Under the pieces are notes generated by a model that worked only from the letters and a program-made list of their open reading frames with translations, did no database searches and had not been told where the DNA came from. The translations under genes and the position numbers were made by a program. Below are positions 47,046 to 56,946 of a stretch of DNA of 64,000 nucleotides, piece after piece. Every line of letters starts with the position of its first letter. Position 1 is the first letter of the stretch. The stretch covers positions 192,001 through 256,000 of the forward strand of contig CAWGXH010000004.1 in NCBI GenBank assembly GCA_963826525.1. The letters run 5' to 3'. Origin of the DNA: an uncultured Methanomicrobiaceae archaeon. Its GTDB lineage: Archaea; Halobacteriota; Methanomicrobia; Methanomicrobiales; Methanoculleaceae.

Positions 47046-47792
47046 TCAGTATCCCTCCAGTTTCCGCAGGGCGGAGGCTGTCCAGAGTGTCAGACGTCCT
47101 GCCTGCGTGCCGGGTGCCAGTAGTTCCGTGTTCAGCTGGTTCACCATGACGGAGTCAACACCGGCAAGGTTCCGGGCTGCGCGGAGCGGTTCGTCTCCCG
47201 TGACGATCAGAACGCTCTTTCGCTGCTTGTAGCGGCGGCCACGCATGGTACCCCGACCTGCCCTGACCTTCTTGCTGCCCTTTGCACGCTCAACATCGGC
47301 ATAGATACCAACGGCGGTGAGGGCGGCGATAACATCGCTCGTGCGCGTGAGTCCTTCGAACTGGTCTTCGAGAACCAGCGGGAGGTCTCCCTCGAACAGG
47401 TGTCCGCGCTCGCGAACGAGGTCGGTACAGACGGTAGCTGCTATCGCAGAGCGGAGAGCTTTCTGTTTCTCTTTCTGGTTGATCTGCTTGACGAGGATCT
47501 TTTCGACCTTCGGGGGGTGAGCTGCGCGCCCTCCCACTGCCTGGGGAATCCGGGCAACTCTGCTGCCGTTCTTCAGCCTCGGGACCTGTGCGACACCGCG
47601 GCCGCTACCCCAGGATGTTGCAGACGTCCGGAGGCCTGCAAACGGATGTGTTCCGTGCGGCTGGAACCGGGTGCTCTGAAGTGCCAGAACTGCCCGCTTA
47701 ATCAGGTCCGGTCTGTACTCTTCCGCGAAGACTGCAGGAAGATCAATCTCCTCTGCACGCTCTCCCTTCAGTGTTCTAATGTATGCCTTCAT
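47046..47792 (-). CDS. rpl4: 50S ribosomal protein uL4
   Basis: RPDLIKRAV, SWGSGRG, GGRAAHPP, LAPG. Confidence 0.96.
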   Translation of the reverse strand: MKAYIRTLKGERAEEIDLPAVFAEEYRPDLIKRAVLALQSTRFQPHGTHPFAGLRTSATSWGSGRGVAQVPRLKNGSRVARIPQAVGGRAAHPPKVEKILVKQINQKEKQKALRSAIAATVCTDLVRERGHLFEGDLPLVLEDQFEGLTRTSDVIAALTAVGIYADVERAKGSKKVRAGRGTMRGRRYKQRKSVLIVTGDEPLRAARNLAGVDSVMVNQLNTELLAPGTQAGRLTLWTASALRKLEGY

Positions 47793-47799
47793 TGACACG

Positions 47800-48814
47800 T
47801 CACCCCTGCTTGCTCTGGACACTGACAAAGTTGATAGCCGGTGTCTTTACAGCCTGTTCGCCCTGCCTGATTGCAGTTCTCAGCCGTACAAGCCGCTTCG
47901 TCGGCCCGGGAACCGATCCCTTGATAAGGACATACGGACCGCGAATCATACCGTAGTGGAGGAAACCTCCTGCAGGCGTGATATCGTCGCCGTTGTTTCC
48001 GACCTTGAGAATGCGCTTGTTGAACTCGGTTCGCTGGTGGTAACCGCACTGACCCATCTGGGGAACCTGCCAGCGGACGTGGTGCGGAGTCCACGGTCCG
48101 AGAGTTCCGATGTGGCGCTTCTTGCCGCCGCGGGAGTGTTTGCGCTTGCGCACCTGGACACCCCAGCGCTTGACCGGACCCTGGGTACCCTTACCGGTAG
48201 TGATGGCGGTGACATCAACGAAGGCACCGGTCTCGATGACCCCGGAGATACCGACCTCTTTACCGAGGATGTCGGTTGCGTAGACGAGCTGATCCGCAAT
48301 GCTGCCTCCGGAGATCCGCATCTCCATGAGGTCGGGCACCTTCTTCGGAACACCGGTGAGTCCGGAGGGCTGCGTATAGGCCAGAGCATAGATCTCGACG
48401 ACCTTGCCCGCCTCAACCGCAGCCTTCATGGCGTCGAGAGCGGCGGCGCGGTCGTGGTTCTTCGGCATGGTGATCCGGCGGCCGAGCTCCTCGTTGAGAG
48501 AGTCTGACCAGGCCTCGGTCAGCGCATGCTTACCGTACGTATCGTTCGTGTAAGCACGCACACCCGCCACTTTCATGGGGGGTACTTCAATGACCGTCAC
48601 CGGTACCATCACATCTTTGCCTTCGGTGGGACTGGTCTTATGGTCGTCCACCATGACAAGGTGAGTCATACCAACCTTGTACCCTGCAAATCCCTGCACC
48701 ATCGGAGTCCCATCGGTACTCGGGCCAGGCACCGTACTTCGGAACCGGGCTCTTTGCACGCTTTCGGGGACTGTATGCGAGGGATCCTCTGCGTGGCCTG
48801 TTTATCTTCGGCAT
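47800..48814 (-). CDS. rpl3: 50S ribosomal protein uL3 (frameshift ~48715)
   Basis: [44 protein letters not shown]. Confidence 0.96.
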
Positions 48815-49535
48815 GTTTCTATCAACCCTTCGTGCGTTGTATTGTGATGCACCGACCGGGGACTTTGGAGATGCGTATCTCCGCACCCCGGCTCGGTCCG
48901 AGCAACTCCGGAAGGTTTTCGAAAAACCTTCCGAGAAGGTGCATCAATGCTACCGAACTGGTCGGCAATTCGTCTTTTGAATGTCGGCGAACCCGCTAGG
49001 GGCATGACATCGATGCTGCACAGGGGACGTGTTGTGAGGCAGGCAGCGCAAGCCTTGCTGCCCCCGGTGCAAGCATGACGTGGAAGGGGACGGTATCCGA
49101 CTGTAGCGTCTGCTCTCATCCCGAGGCATACTCCGCCGATGGAGATCTCCACCGGAAAGCGGCTGTAGCCCATAGGGTAGAGGCAGACTCCTCTTCCTGG
49201 CGTGCACCAGATAATCCAGTCTTCTCGAATAGATCCTGACCATCCGGCGTTTCCGGAGAGCCTCCGAAAGTGGGCTCGCTGCACTGAGCGTTCGCCCGTC
49301 GCCTCGGTCAGATCCAGCTTCTGTCAACCCGTTGTGCCGGAGCACAACTCCTTCTCGACATCGCCCTCCGCAAGGAGGGTTCGACCATGTGGTTTTGTCA
49401 CCCGCGTTGTCTGCGATACGCCGCCGCACCTCCAGCTTCAGCCAATAATGGTGGAGCCGGGATTTCGTGATAATTCAAGGCTAATTTAGCCTTATTTTAT
49501 CAACGATAAAGAGCGGCTTATCGCAGAGCGGTTTC
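48815..49535 (-). ncRNA. Candidate large structured RNA / 5' leader of the S10-spc operon
   Basis: About ten hairpins and several long-range helices, G-U pairs favouring the minus strand, no convincing ORF; TATA-like TTTATAT at 49563-49557. Confidence 0.6.
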
Positions 49536-49746
49536 TTAAATTTAGCCGCAAATCAGATATAAACCTTCTCATCGGATCGTACACGAATTCTGCAGAAAGA
49601 GGAAGTTCCCGGGCAATCGTCCCCGGGATGCAGGAAAGGGCAGTATCCCATATCGGCCTGACACCAGGTCTTTCCGAAATGGGATACTCTCCCATCGCCG
49701 TTCACCCCGGTGCGCTCTTTCACCCGTCACGGATGAAACAGCAGGA

Positions 49747-50151
49747 TCATCCGAAATAGAGTTCGCCGTCTTCGTTGATATAGACTTCAACATCCTCACG
49801 GATGTACCTGGCTCTGAACCGCTCGGGATTTGAATCACGGAGCCTGTTGATGAGTGAGATGGTATCGTACTTGACTTTGATGCCCACTTTTTCGGCTTCG
49901 TCGTAGATGATCTCCGGAGTTTTCAAGAGGTCCGTGCCTGCCTTGAGAGTACAGAGATGCGCTGCGTCGAGCGTATAGAGAAACTCTATCGTCTCCCGTG
50001 CACGAGAGATATTCTCAAGAGCAGCCTTTTCGATGGTACACACGTTTGCCTTGGAAGTCCGGATAATCTCGGCAATCTGCTGCTGGGTGAGACCCTTCCT
50101 GCGGTATCGCAAAATTTCTTTCTGACGGTCGGTGAGGAGCCCCTGTTTCAT
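49747..50151 (-). CDS. tfx: Tfx-family DNA-binding protein
   Basis: LTDRQKEILRYRRKGLTQQQIA..TSKANVCTIEK.A.ENI.RARET HTH. Confidence 0.9.
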   Translation of the reverse strand: MKQGLLTDRQKEILRYRRKGLTQQQIAEIIRTSKANVCTIEKAALENISRARETIEFLYTLDAAHLCTLKAGTDLLKTPEIIYDEAEKVGIKVKYDTISLINRLRDSNPERFRARYIREDVEVYINEDGELYFG

Positions 50152-50293
50152 TGTCATAGTATGTAGCACCATACAACTTAAACACTTTTCCTTAACATCC
50201 CTGCATGGGGAGAGACCGGGAGAGGAGATTTCAAAATGTTTATATGAGAAATCGGTGATATTATCGTGTTCTCAAATTTGAGAGGTGTAAAAA

Positions 50294-51136
50294 GTGGTAG
50301 TTAAAGTAGGAATTGCAAAACTAGGCAACATCGCCAGCGGCGTTATGGCGGAGTTGCTCCTCGATGAGCGTGCGGACCGGGAAGACATGATCACCTTCAT
50401 GGCAACCTCCGGTACGAAGCTCCAGCCCGAGGATATCGACCGTGTCGTCAACAATATGAAGGCCTGGGGCCCCGACTTCTGCATCGTCGTTTCCCCGAAC
50501 GGCGTCCTTCCAGGACCCGTAGGTGCCCGTGAGGCACTCGGAGCCGCAGGAATCCCCTGCGTCGTCATCACCGACGACATCACCACCAAGAAGGAGCAGT
50601 TCGAGGCCCTCAAGGCCAGCAACTTCGGCTACATCATCATGAAGGCAGACGCCATGATCGGTGCACGCCGCGAGTTCCTCGACCCCATCGAGATGGCAGA
50701 CTACAACGGCAACCTCGTGAAGGTTCTCTCCATCACCGGCGCGTTCCGGAAGATGCAGTTCGAGCTCGACAAGGTCATCGACCAGGTCAAGGCCGGCAAG
50801 AAGGGTGCAGACCTTGCACTGCCGAAGGTCGTCATGACCTCCGACAAGGCCGTCGACGGCGAGTTCTCAAACCCCTACGCACTTGCAAAGGCACGTGCCG
50901 CCTACGAGATTGCACAGTCCGTTGCCGGCGTCAACGTCAAGGGCTGCTTCATGACCAAGGAATGGGAGAAGTACATCCCGATCGTCGCAAGCGCTCACGA
51001 GATGATGCGCCAGGCCATGCTCCTCTGCGATGAAGCCCGCGAGCTTGAGAAGGGCACCGACGCGGTCATCAGAAAGCCCCACAAGAAGACCGGTGAGATC
51101 GTCGCAAAGACGGCACTCATCAGCAAGCCTGAGTAA
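50294..51136 (+). CDS. mtd: F420-dependent methylene-H4MPT dehydrogenase
   Basis: [33 protein letters not shown]. Confidence 0.97.
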   Translation: MVVKVGIAKLGNIASGVMAELLLDERADREDMITFMATSGTKLQPEDIDRVVNNMKAWGPDFCIVVSPNGVLPGPVGAREALGAAGIPCVVITDDITTKKEQFEALKASNFGYIIMKADAMIGARREFLDPIEMADYNGNLVKVLSITGAFRKMQFELDKVIDQVKAGKKGADLALPKVVMTSDKAVDGEFSNPYALAKARAAYEIAQSVAGVNVKGCFMTKEWEKYIPIVASAHEMMRQAMLLCDEARELEKGTDAVIRKPHKKTGEIVAKTALISKPE

Positions 51137-51160
51137 ACCAATAATACCCTTTTTTTCCCG
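51137..51160 (+). terminator. Oligo-T terminator after mtd
   Basis: ccctttttttccc after the stop. Confidence 0.6.
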
Positions 51161-51203
51161 GTGCGGGGAACGTATCTCTGAAAAGTAGAGGTTTTCGCTA
51201 CGG

Positions 51204-52637
51204 TCAGGGGTTCTGCCCGCCCGTGTTGACGACCATCATCCGCATCTCGGTCATCTCCTCGATGGCATACCGGGGCCCTTCACGCCCGAGACCCGACGCC
51301 TTCACGCCGCCGTACGGCATATGATCCATCCTGAACGTGGGGATGTCGTTGATCAAAAGGCCGCCGACGGAGAGCTCGCCAAACGCCTGCATGATACGCC
51401 GGATGTCCCGGGTAAATACACCGGCCTGAAGGCCGAAGGGTGAGGCGTTGGCATAGGCGAGCGCTTCTTCAAAGGTATCGTACGGCGTGACGGTGATCAC
51501 CGGTGCAAAGATCTCGGTGCTGTTCACCCGCATCGCGGGCGTCGTATCGACAAGAATCGTTGGGGAGAAGAGTGCCCCGGCAACGCTGCCCCCATGCAGA
51601 ACTCGTGCGCCGCCTCTGACCGCTTCAGCGACTTTCTCCGCAGCCTCGGCAGCGGCCGCCTCCGAGATCATGGGCCCGACGTCGGTATCGCTCTCCCGGG
51701 GATCGCCGACCTTCAGGAGGCGGACTTTTCCAAGGAGTGCCTCGATCACCGCCGGAACTATCCGACGGTGGACGAAGACCCTCTGGACGGAGATGCAGAC
51801 CTGCCCGGCGTTGGAGAACCCGCCTGATGCGATACGTGATGCTGCATACCCGATATCGGCGTCCTCGTGGACGATTGCCGCTGCATTCCCACCAAGCTCG
51901 AGCCCGACCCGCTTCCTGGCAACCGAGCGGAGGTGCCACCCGACCGCCGGACTGCCGGTGAAACTGACGCATGCAATCCGCTCATCGACGGCAAGCCGCT
52001 CGGCGCGAACGGTAGTGCAGGGAAGAACGCTGATTGCCTCCGGCGGGAACCCGGCGGCAAGGAGCATCTCGCCGAGCAGCAGCCCGGAGAGCGGCGTCTT
52101 TGTCGCCGGTTTGAGGATCACGGAGTTTCCTGCGGCAACGGCAGGCCCCACCTTATGGCAGGCAAGGTTCAGCGGAAAATTAAACGGCGTGATGCAGAGG
52201 ACCGGCCCGAGCGGAAACCGGCGGATGTACCCGGTATAGCCTTCGCCTGCGGCGTTCCAGTCGAGCGGGAGAATTTCACCGCCGATGCGGCGCGCCTCTT
52301 CTGCCGCCACCCGGATAGTCTCCCCTGCCCGAAAGACCTCTCCCCGGGCGAGAGTCCGGGTCTTTCCCGCCTCGAGAATAAGTGTCTCGGCGAGCTCGTC
52401 GCTTCGCTCCTCGATCTGATCGGCGAGCGAGTAGAGAATCCGTGAGCGGGTGTGCGCGGGGAGCCTGCGCGTTGTGGCAAAACCCGAACCCGCCGCACGG
52501 ACGGCATCATCGATATCGGCATCCCCGGCCAGGCAGACCCGCCCAACCGGATCGCCTGTAAAGGGGAAACATACCTCGGCAGTCTCACTGCTGCGCCGCC
52601 AAACACCACCCACCAGAAAGGGAGAGGGATCGCTCAT
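51204..52637 (-). CDS. NAD(P)-dependent aldehyde dehydrogenase
   Basis: ITPFNFP, FTGS, LELGGN, GQVCIS, EIFAPV, PYGGVKASG. Confidence 0.93.
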   Translation of the reverse strand: MSDPSPFLVGGVWRRSSETAEVCFPFTGDPVGRVCLAGDADIDDAVRAAGSGFATTRRLPAHTRSRILYSLADQIEERSDELAETLILEAGKTRTLARGEVFRAGETIRVAAEEARRIGGEILPLDWNAAGEGYTGYIRRFPLGPVLCITPFNFPLNLACHKVGPAVAAGNSVILKPATKTPLSGLLLGEMLLAAGFPPEAISVLPCTTVRAERLAVDERIACVSFTGSPAVGWHLRSVARKRVGLELGGNAAAIVHEDADIGYAASRIASGGFSNAGQVCISVQRVFVHRRIVPAVIEALLGKVRLLKVGDPRESDTDVGPMISEAAAAEAAEKVAEAVRGGARVLHGGSVAGALFSPTILVDTTPAMRVNSTEIFAPVITVTPYDTFEEALAYANASPFGLQAGVFTRDIRRIMQAFGELSVGGLLINDIPTFRMDHMPYGGVKASGLGREGPRYAIEEMTEMRMMVVNTGGQNP

Positions 52638-52692
52638 GAGCAGGTAGTATAGGAGAACTCAGCATTTCAGCTTCCGGAACATCCCCTCCGGA

Positions 52693-53628
52693 TCAGATCT
52701 CCCCGGCATTCCGGTGGAAGAACTCGCCGAGCGCTTCGGGGAGCGTGAGGATGATCGGTTCCAGGTGCAGCCGCTCCATGAATGCCGAGTCGCAGATGCA
52801 GAGACCGTTCGGGTTCATCCTGGAGATGACAGAACAGAATGCTCGGTATCCCCGGTCACGGCCGGCTCTGTCGAAGAAGATGGCGACGTTGAAGGCGCGC
52901 GTCCCGAGGCTCCGGTAGAGGTCGAGGATCGTCAGCAGCCCCGAGACCAGGGGATCGATATACGACTCCAGTTCCTCAAGTGTCGAGATAGGCAGCAGGC
53001 CTCTCACCTCGCGCTCGCCGAGGGGGACGGGGCTTGCCGACCAGAATATCTCGTTCTCGAAGAGAAACCGCCCGGAGCTGCACTCCTGCTCGCGGAGGTC
53101 GTCCCAGTAGAGCCGGTTATGCTTCTCCAGGTAGCGATGGCTGCCGGAGAGGTAGCGCTCCGCGAGGCACGACGGCATCGAATCTGCTATCCCCTGCAGA
53201 TGCGGGTGGGCGATGCTCGCTCCTGCCGAGGGCAGGTAGTTCCAGTTGATGCTGGGGTAGCCGTCAAACCGCCGGAGCGACTCGGCCATCCCGGAGAACG
53301 CATCCGTAAGTTGTCGCGCCCCGAAGTGATTCACCGCATGATCGCGTGATATTACCGTCACCGTATGCCAGGCCGAATAAGGATAGAGGTTCGGAAATGT
53401 GACACTCTCACCACGCCGGATCCGAAGGCCGTCGCTGAACGTCGGCGTCTCGGTGTCGATCGCCTCCGGACAGAACGGGCACCCGTCGCCGGTGTAGCGT
53501 ATCGCGGCATCCGTATCGAGATGCCTCTGTAGCCGTGCGGGACTGATGCGGCACCTGATACCGGTAAGGGATTCCCGTCTATACTGAACAGTACCCCGTG
53601 CGGTATGAATCTCCACGACCGTGAACAT
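52693..53628 (-). CDS. Galactose-1-phosphate uridylyltransferase-like (HIT/GalT) protein
   Basis: CPFCP, FPNLYP, AGASIAHPHLQ. Confidence 0.85.
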   Translation of the reverse strand: MFTVVEIHTARGTVQYRRESLTGIRCRISPARLQRHLDTDAAIRYTGDGCPFCPEAIDTETPTFSDGLRIRRGESVTFPNLYPYSAWHTVTVISRDHAVNHFGARQLTDAFSGMAESLRRFDGYPSINWNYLPSAGASIAHPHLQGIADSMPSCLAERYLSGSHRYLEKHNRLYWDDLREQECSSGRFLFENEIFWSASPVPLGEREVRGLLPISTLEELESYIDPLVSGLLTILDLYRSLGTRAFNVAIFFDRAGRDRGYRAFCSVISRMNPNGLCICDSAFMERLHLEPIILTLPEALGEFFHRNAGEI

Positions 53629-53718
53629 TGTCCCTCAGATCAAGCGTGGAGGCCGGAGAATAATAATATGCCGGTAGAGAAGTGAGCGGAAAAAGAAAAT
53701 AGGAGTTTTTCCCCCGAT

Positions 53719-54711
53719 TTACACGACGTACTTGCCGAGCAGACGGATGGATTTGGTCATGTCGGGGCCGAGAGGAGAGCCGAAGATGATCTGGGTGACA
53801 CCGGCTGCTGCCAGGTCCTCGCACTTCTGCTTGACCATGTCAGGGGTTCCTGCAATGGTGAAGGCGTCGATCTCGGCGTCGCCGACGAGGCCGCCGACCG
53901 TCTTGAAGTCGAACTTGGCAAGGGCGTCCTTGATCTTGGCGACGTTGCTCTGGTCGAGGTTGTGGCGCTCGAGGATCGCGGGCGGGGAGCCTGCAGCGAT
54001 GAATGCTGCAACGATCTTGGCTGCGTTGCGGGCCTTCTTCTCGCTCTCGTCGATGGACATAGCGGTGTAGGCACCGACGTCGAAGGTCTTCTTGCCTTCC
54101 TTCTCCATAGCGGCCTTGATGATCGGGATGGCGATCGCAAAGTCCTTGGGGTTCGATGCGTTGATCAGTGCACCGTCACCGATGGTTCCGGCGAGCTCGA
54201 GGACCTTCGGCCCCTGGGCGCCGATGTAGACCGGGATACCCTTCTTGCCGGGGAGGTTGACACCGGTGAGCTTGGCGCCGTCATAGTCGAAGAATTCCAT
54301 GTCGCCGCTCTTCTTGATCTCTTCTCCGGCGAGGAGTCTCCGGATCTGGACGACCGCCTCTTTCAGGCGTGCCACGGGCTTCTCGGGGGAGATGGCGAGC
54401 TTCGGGAGCGTGGAGAGGTCGCCGGGGCCGATACCGAGGACTGCACGGCCGTCGGAGATCTCGTTTAAGGTTGCCATGAAGGATGCCATGGCCGCCGGGG
54501 TGTCGGTGAAGGCGTTCATGATACCCGGGCCCATCTTGATGCTGTCGGTCGCGGCTGCGATCATGGCAAGGGTCGGGTAGCAGTGGCGGTTGTTGTAGTG
54601 GTTGGTAATCCATGCATAGTCGATATCCTTCGACTCTGCGAGTTTCGTGTAATTGACTACCTGCTTGACGTTGATATTTCCTGGCACAAATTCAATTCCA
54701 TATGTGGTCAA
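53719..54711 (-). CDS. mer: F420-dependent methylene-H4MPT reductase
   Basis: YGIEFVP, WITNHYNNR, GIGPGD, GAQGP, GSPLGP; TTG start. Confidence 0.97.
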   Translation of the reverse strand: MTTYGIEFVPGNINVKQVVNYTKLAESKDIDYAWITNHYNNRHCYPTLAMIAAATDSIKMGPGIMNAFTDTPAAMASFMATLNEISDGRAVLGIGPGDLSTLPKLAISPEKPVARLKEAVVQIRRLLAGEEIKKSGDMEFFDYDGAKLTGVNLPGKKGIPVYIGAQGPKVLELAGTIGDGALINASNPKDFAIAIPIIKAAMEKEGKKTFDVGAYTAMSIDESEKKARNAAKIVAAFIAAGSPPAILERHNLDQSNVAKIKDALAKFDFKTVGGLVGDAEIDAFTIAGTPDMVKQKCEDLAAAGVTQIIFGSPLGPDMTKSIRLLGKYVV

Positions 54712-55053
54712 GGCTAATTCACCTCATTGTGTAGTTACTCAGCAGAGATTTAAATATATTATCATTTTAAGCTCGCTTAAACCGGATATACGAGGGTGTG
54801 GGGTAAAACAGGGGATTATTATCCCTTCATCCACAAATCAGGCCGATTCTATCCATTTTTCCAGACAAGGCACAGCAGCGTCGAATGCAGAACCGCAACA
54901 GCCATATAGAAGATAGCGAATCTGCATGCCGAATTGACGAGCGGCAGAAACGTATATCCCTATTCTCCGCTAAACACATCAATGGTTTACAGGTATAGCC
55001 GGGGAAGCTCTCTTCCGGCTGTACCGCTCCAGAAGAGAAACAGGGATTTTCAT

Positions 55054-56946
55054 ATGCGGGTGCTGGCGATTGGCCTTGGCGGTGCCGGAGCACGGGTCGT
55101 GGATAAGCTCTACGATCACGACCGGCGAAGTAAAGTATGCTGCATGAGCGCAGTTGCCATCGATATTGAGGCAAACAGTCTTCTGCAACTGCGGCACCTG
55201 CCCGAGACGGCACGGATATTCTTCCCGCCAATCGACCCTGAGCACCCCTACGACATCACCCACATCATCGATATCGAAGAGGTGATGACACGAGTCCAGC
55301 GGCTCGACACCCTTGAGATCGATGCAATTCTGCTCTGCTGTGGTCTTGGGGGAGGCATGGTCGATTTCGTCCCCATCATCGCAAAAGAGCTCAGAAACTC
55401 ATATGTCGAGCCGATCTTCGCAATTGCCGTCCTCCCCCGCCTGGCGGAAGGGAAGAAGGTCTCGGCAAAAGCCGCTGCCGATCTCGAGATGCTCCGGGAG
55501 AACACCGATGGAACCATACTCTTCGATAACGAGACCTGGTATGATAAACTGAAGAGTTCGCTCACCGCCACTGCAAAAGAGAATGCAGGGATCAAAAACC
55601 AGGCTGCGCGAAGACTGCCATCGTTTCCGCAAAATCCCCGGGATATGCACGATCTTCTGAACGACCGGATCGCACGACAGGTCGGCCTGCTCCTCCGGGC
55701 CGGAGAATTCAATGAATCCGGACTTGAAGTGGCGGAGATCGTCCTCGATGCGGGTGAGGTTCTCAATACGCTGCAGGGCAGCGGGTATGTCTCGGTCGGC
55801 TACGCCGCCGAACCACTTCCGGTGAGCTGGTCCGACTTCTTCAACCGATGGCGCTCGTCGAAGTATTTCATCGAGGGGTCGCATGAGAAAGCGGCACGCA
55901 TTGTGGCGCTGGCAAAGAAAGCGGTCTATGAAGAGACCTCGATACCCTGCGATCTGACGAGTGCCGACAAAGCGCTGGTACTTATCGCAGGGCCTTCTGC
56001 CGAGCTCTCGATGAAGGGCTTCCAGACCGTCCGGAAGTGGATCGACCGGAGTATTGCAGGTCTTGAGATGCGGTCGGGGGACTATCCCGTAAAGAACACA
56101 TCATACGTCGGCATCATCGTCATGCTCTCCGGCCTCCACAATATTCCGCGGGTCGAGGAGATCAACCAGATCAGGATAGAGTATCTCCTCGAACGTGAAG
56201 AGGAAGAGAGAAAGCATCAGCAAAAAGCGTATCCGAGCCCGTCGCCCGGGCTTGAAGAAGAGAATGCATGGGCAGACGAGCCGGAGGAGGAGTCACTCCT
56301 GACCGGCGCATACTACGAAGAGGATAACGACGAGGAAACGGCAGGAGAGGACGCAGAAGTGAAGGATGAGATGATCTCCCTCCCCGGGTCAAAGGGGGAG
56401 AAGAAATCTAGAGACGATACTATCGAGACGATTCCCCGGGCACCCGTGCGTGGAGACGGTGGAGCCATCGTTCTCCCCGGGAAGGAAGGGAAAGAGAATA
56501 TCGATATCACGCGAAAAACCGTTGTTTCATCCGCTCCCGCACCGAAGAATTCCGTCTTCGGTCCAAAGGAGATTCAGGCGAACAACGCACCGAAAGAGCT
56601 CGATGCCTCGTCGGGCTTCACCACATCCGTCAAGCCAGTGCAGCGGCCGAAGGAGGGCACCATGACCGGCGAAGCCGTTTCGCTGAAGCAGGGGGGCCAG
56701 CGGCCACGGGACGGGGTATTTTCCGGCGACACGGTTCGCATCGGCGACCGCCCTCAACGCCCGTCGGACGATCTGCTGGGCAGGTCGGGACGGGGGTTTG
56801 ACAGGGGCGGCGGGAGGCCCCGCGAGGTGGTGCCGTCGCGGGACAGACTCAACGTCATCGACCCTACCACCCGGACGGAAGCCGGAAAGAAGCAACGAAA
56901 AGATGATGATACCGACCCGGACGACGACTTTGTCTGGATCACCTAG
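55054..56946 (+). CDS. CetZ-like tubulin/FtsZ-family protein with long acidic disordered C-terminal tail
   Basis: MRVLAIGLGGAGARVVD, FDNETW, VLDAGEVLNTL..GYVSVGYA, MRSGDYP; the signature loop is altered. Confidence 0.85.
   Translation: MRVLAIGLGGAGARVVDKLYDHDRRSKVCCMSAVAIDIEANSLLQLRHLPETARIFFPPIDPEHPYDITHIIDIEEVMTRVQRLDTLEIDAILLCCGLGGGMVDFVPIIAKELRNSYVEPIFAIAVLPRLAEGKKVSAKAAADLEMLRENTDGTILFDNETWYDKLKSSLTATAKENAGIKNQAARRLPSFPQNPRDMHDLLNDRIARQVGLLLRAGEFNESGLEVAEIVLDAGEVLNTLQGSGYVSVGYAAEPLPVSWSDFFNRWRSSKYFIEGSHEKAARIVALAKKAVYEETSIPCDLTSADKALVLIAGPSAELSMKGFQTVRKWIDRSIAGLEMRSGDYPVKNTSYVGIIVMLSGLHNIPRVEEINQIRIEYLLEREEEERKHQQKAYPSPSPGLEEENAWADEPEEESLLTGAYYEEDNDEETAGEDAEVKDEMISLPGSKGEKKSRDDTIETIPRAPVRGDGGAIVLPGKEGKENIDITRKTVVSSAPAPKNSVFGPKEIQANNAPKELDASSGFTTSVKPVQRPKEGTMTGEAVSLKQGGQRPRDGVFSGDTVRIGDRPQRPSDDLLGRSGRGFDRGGGRPREVVPSRDRLNVIDPTTRTEAGKKQRKDDDTDPDDDFVWIT

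Noticed and set aside
48815-49535. RNase P RNA, SRP RNA, or protein-coding ORFs (48802-49284, 48950-49429) as the explanation for the rpl3 upstream region
   Set aside because: No RNase P P4 or SRP helix-8 consensus was found by eye; the ORFs have Arg/Cys/Ser-rich shadow-like composition and no family motifs.
54812-54825. GGGA-N6-TCCC palindrome upstream of mer as an NrpR operator
   Set aside because: It deviates from the GGAA-N6-TTCC consensus and is short enough to arise by chance.
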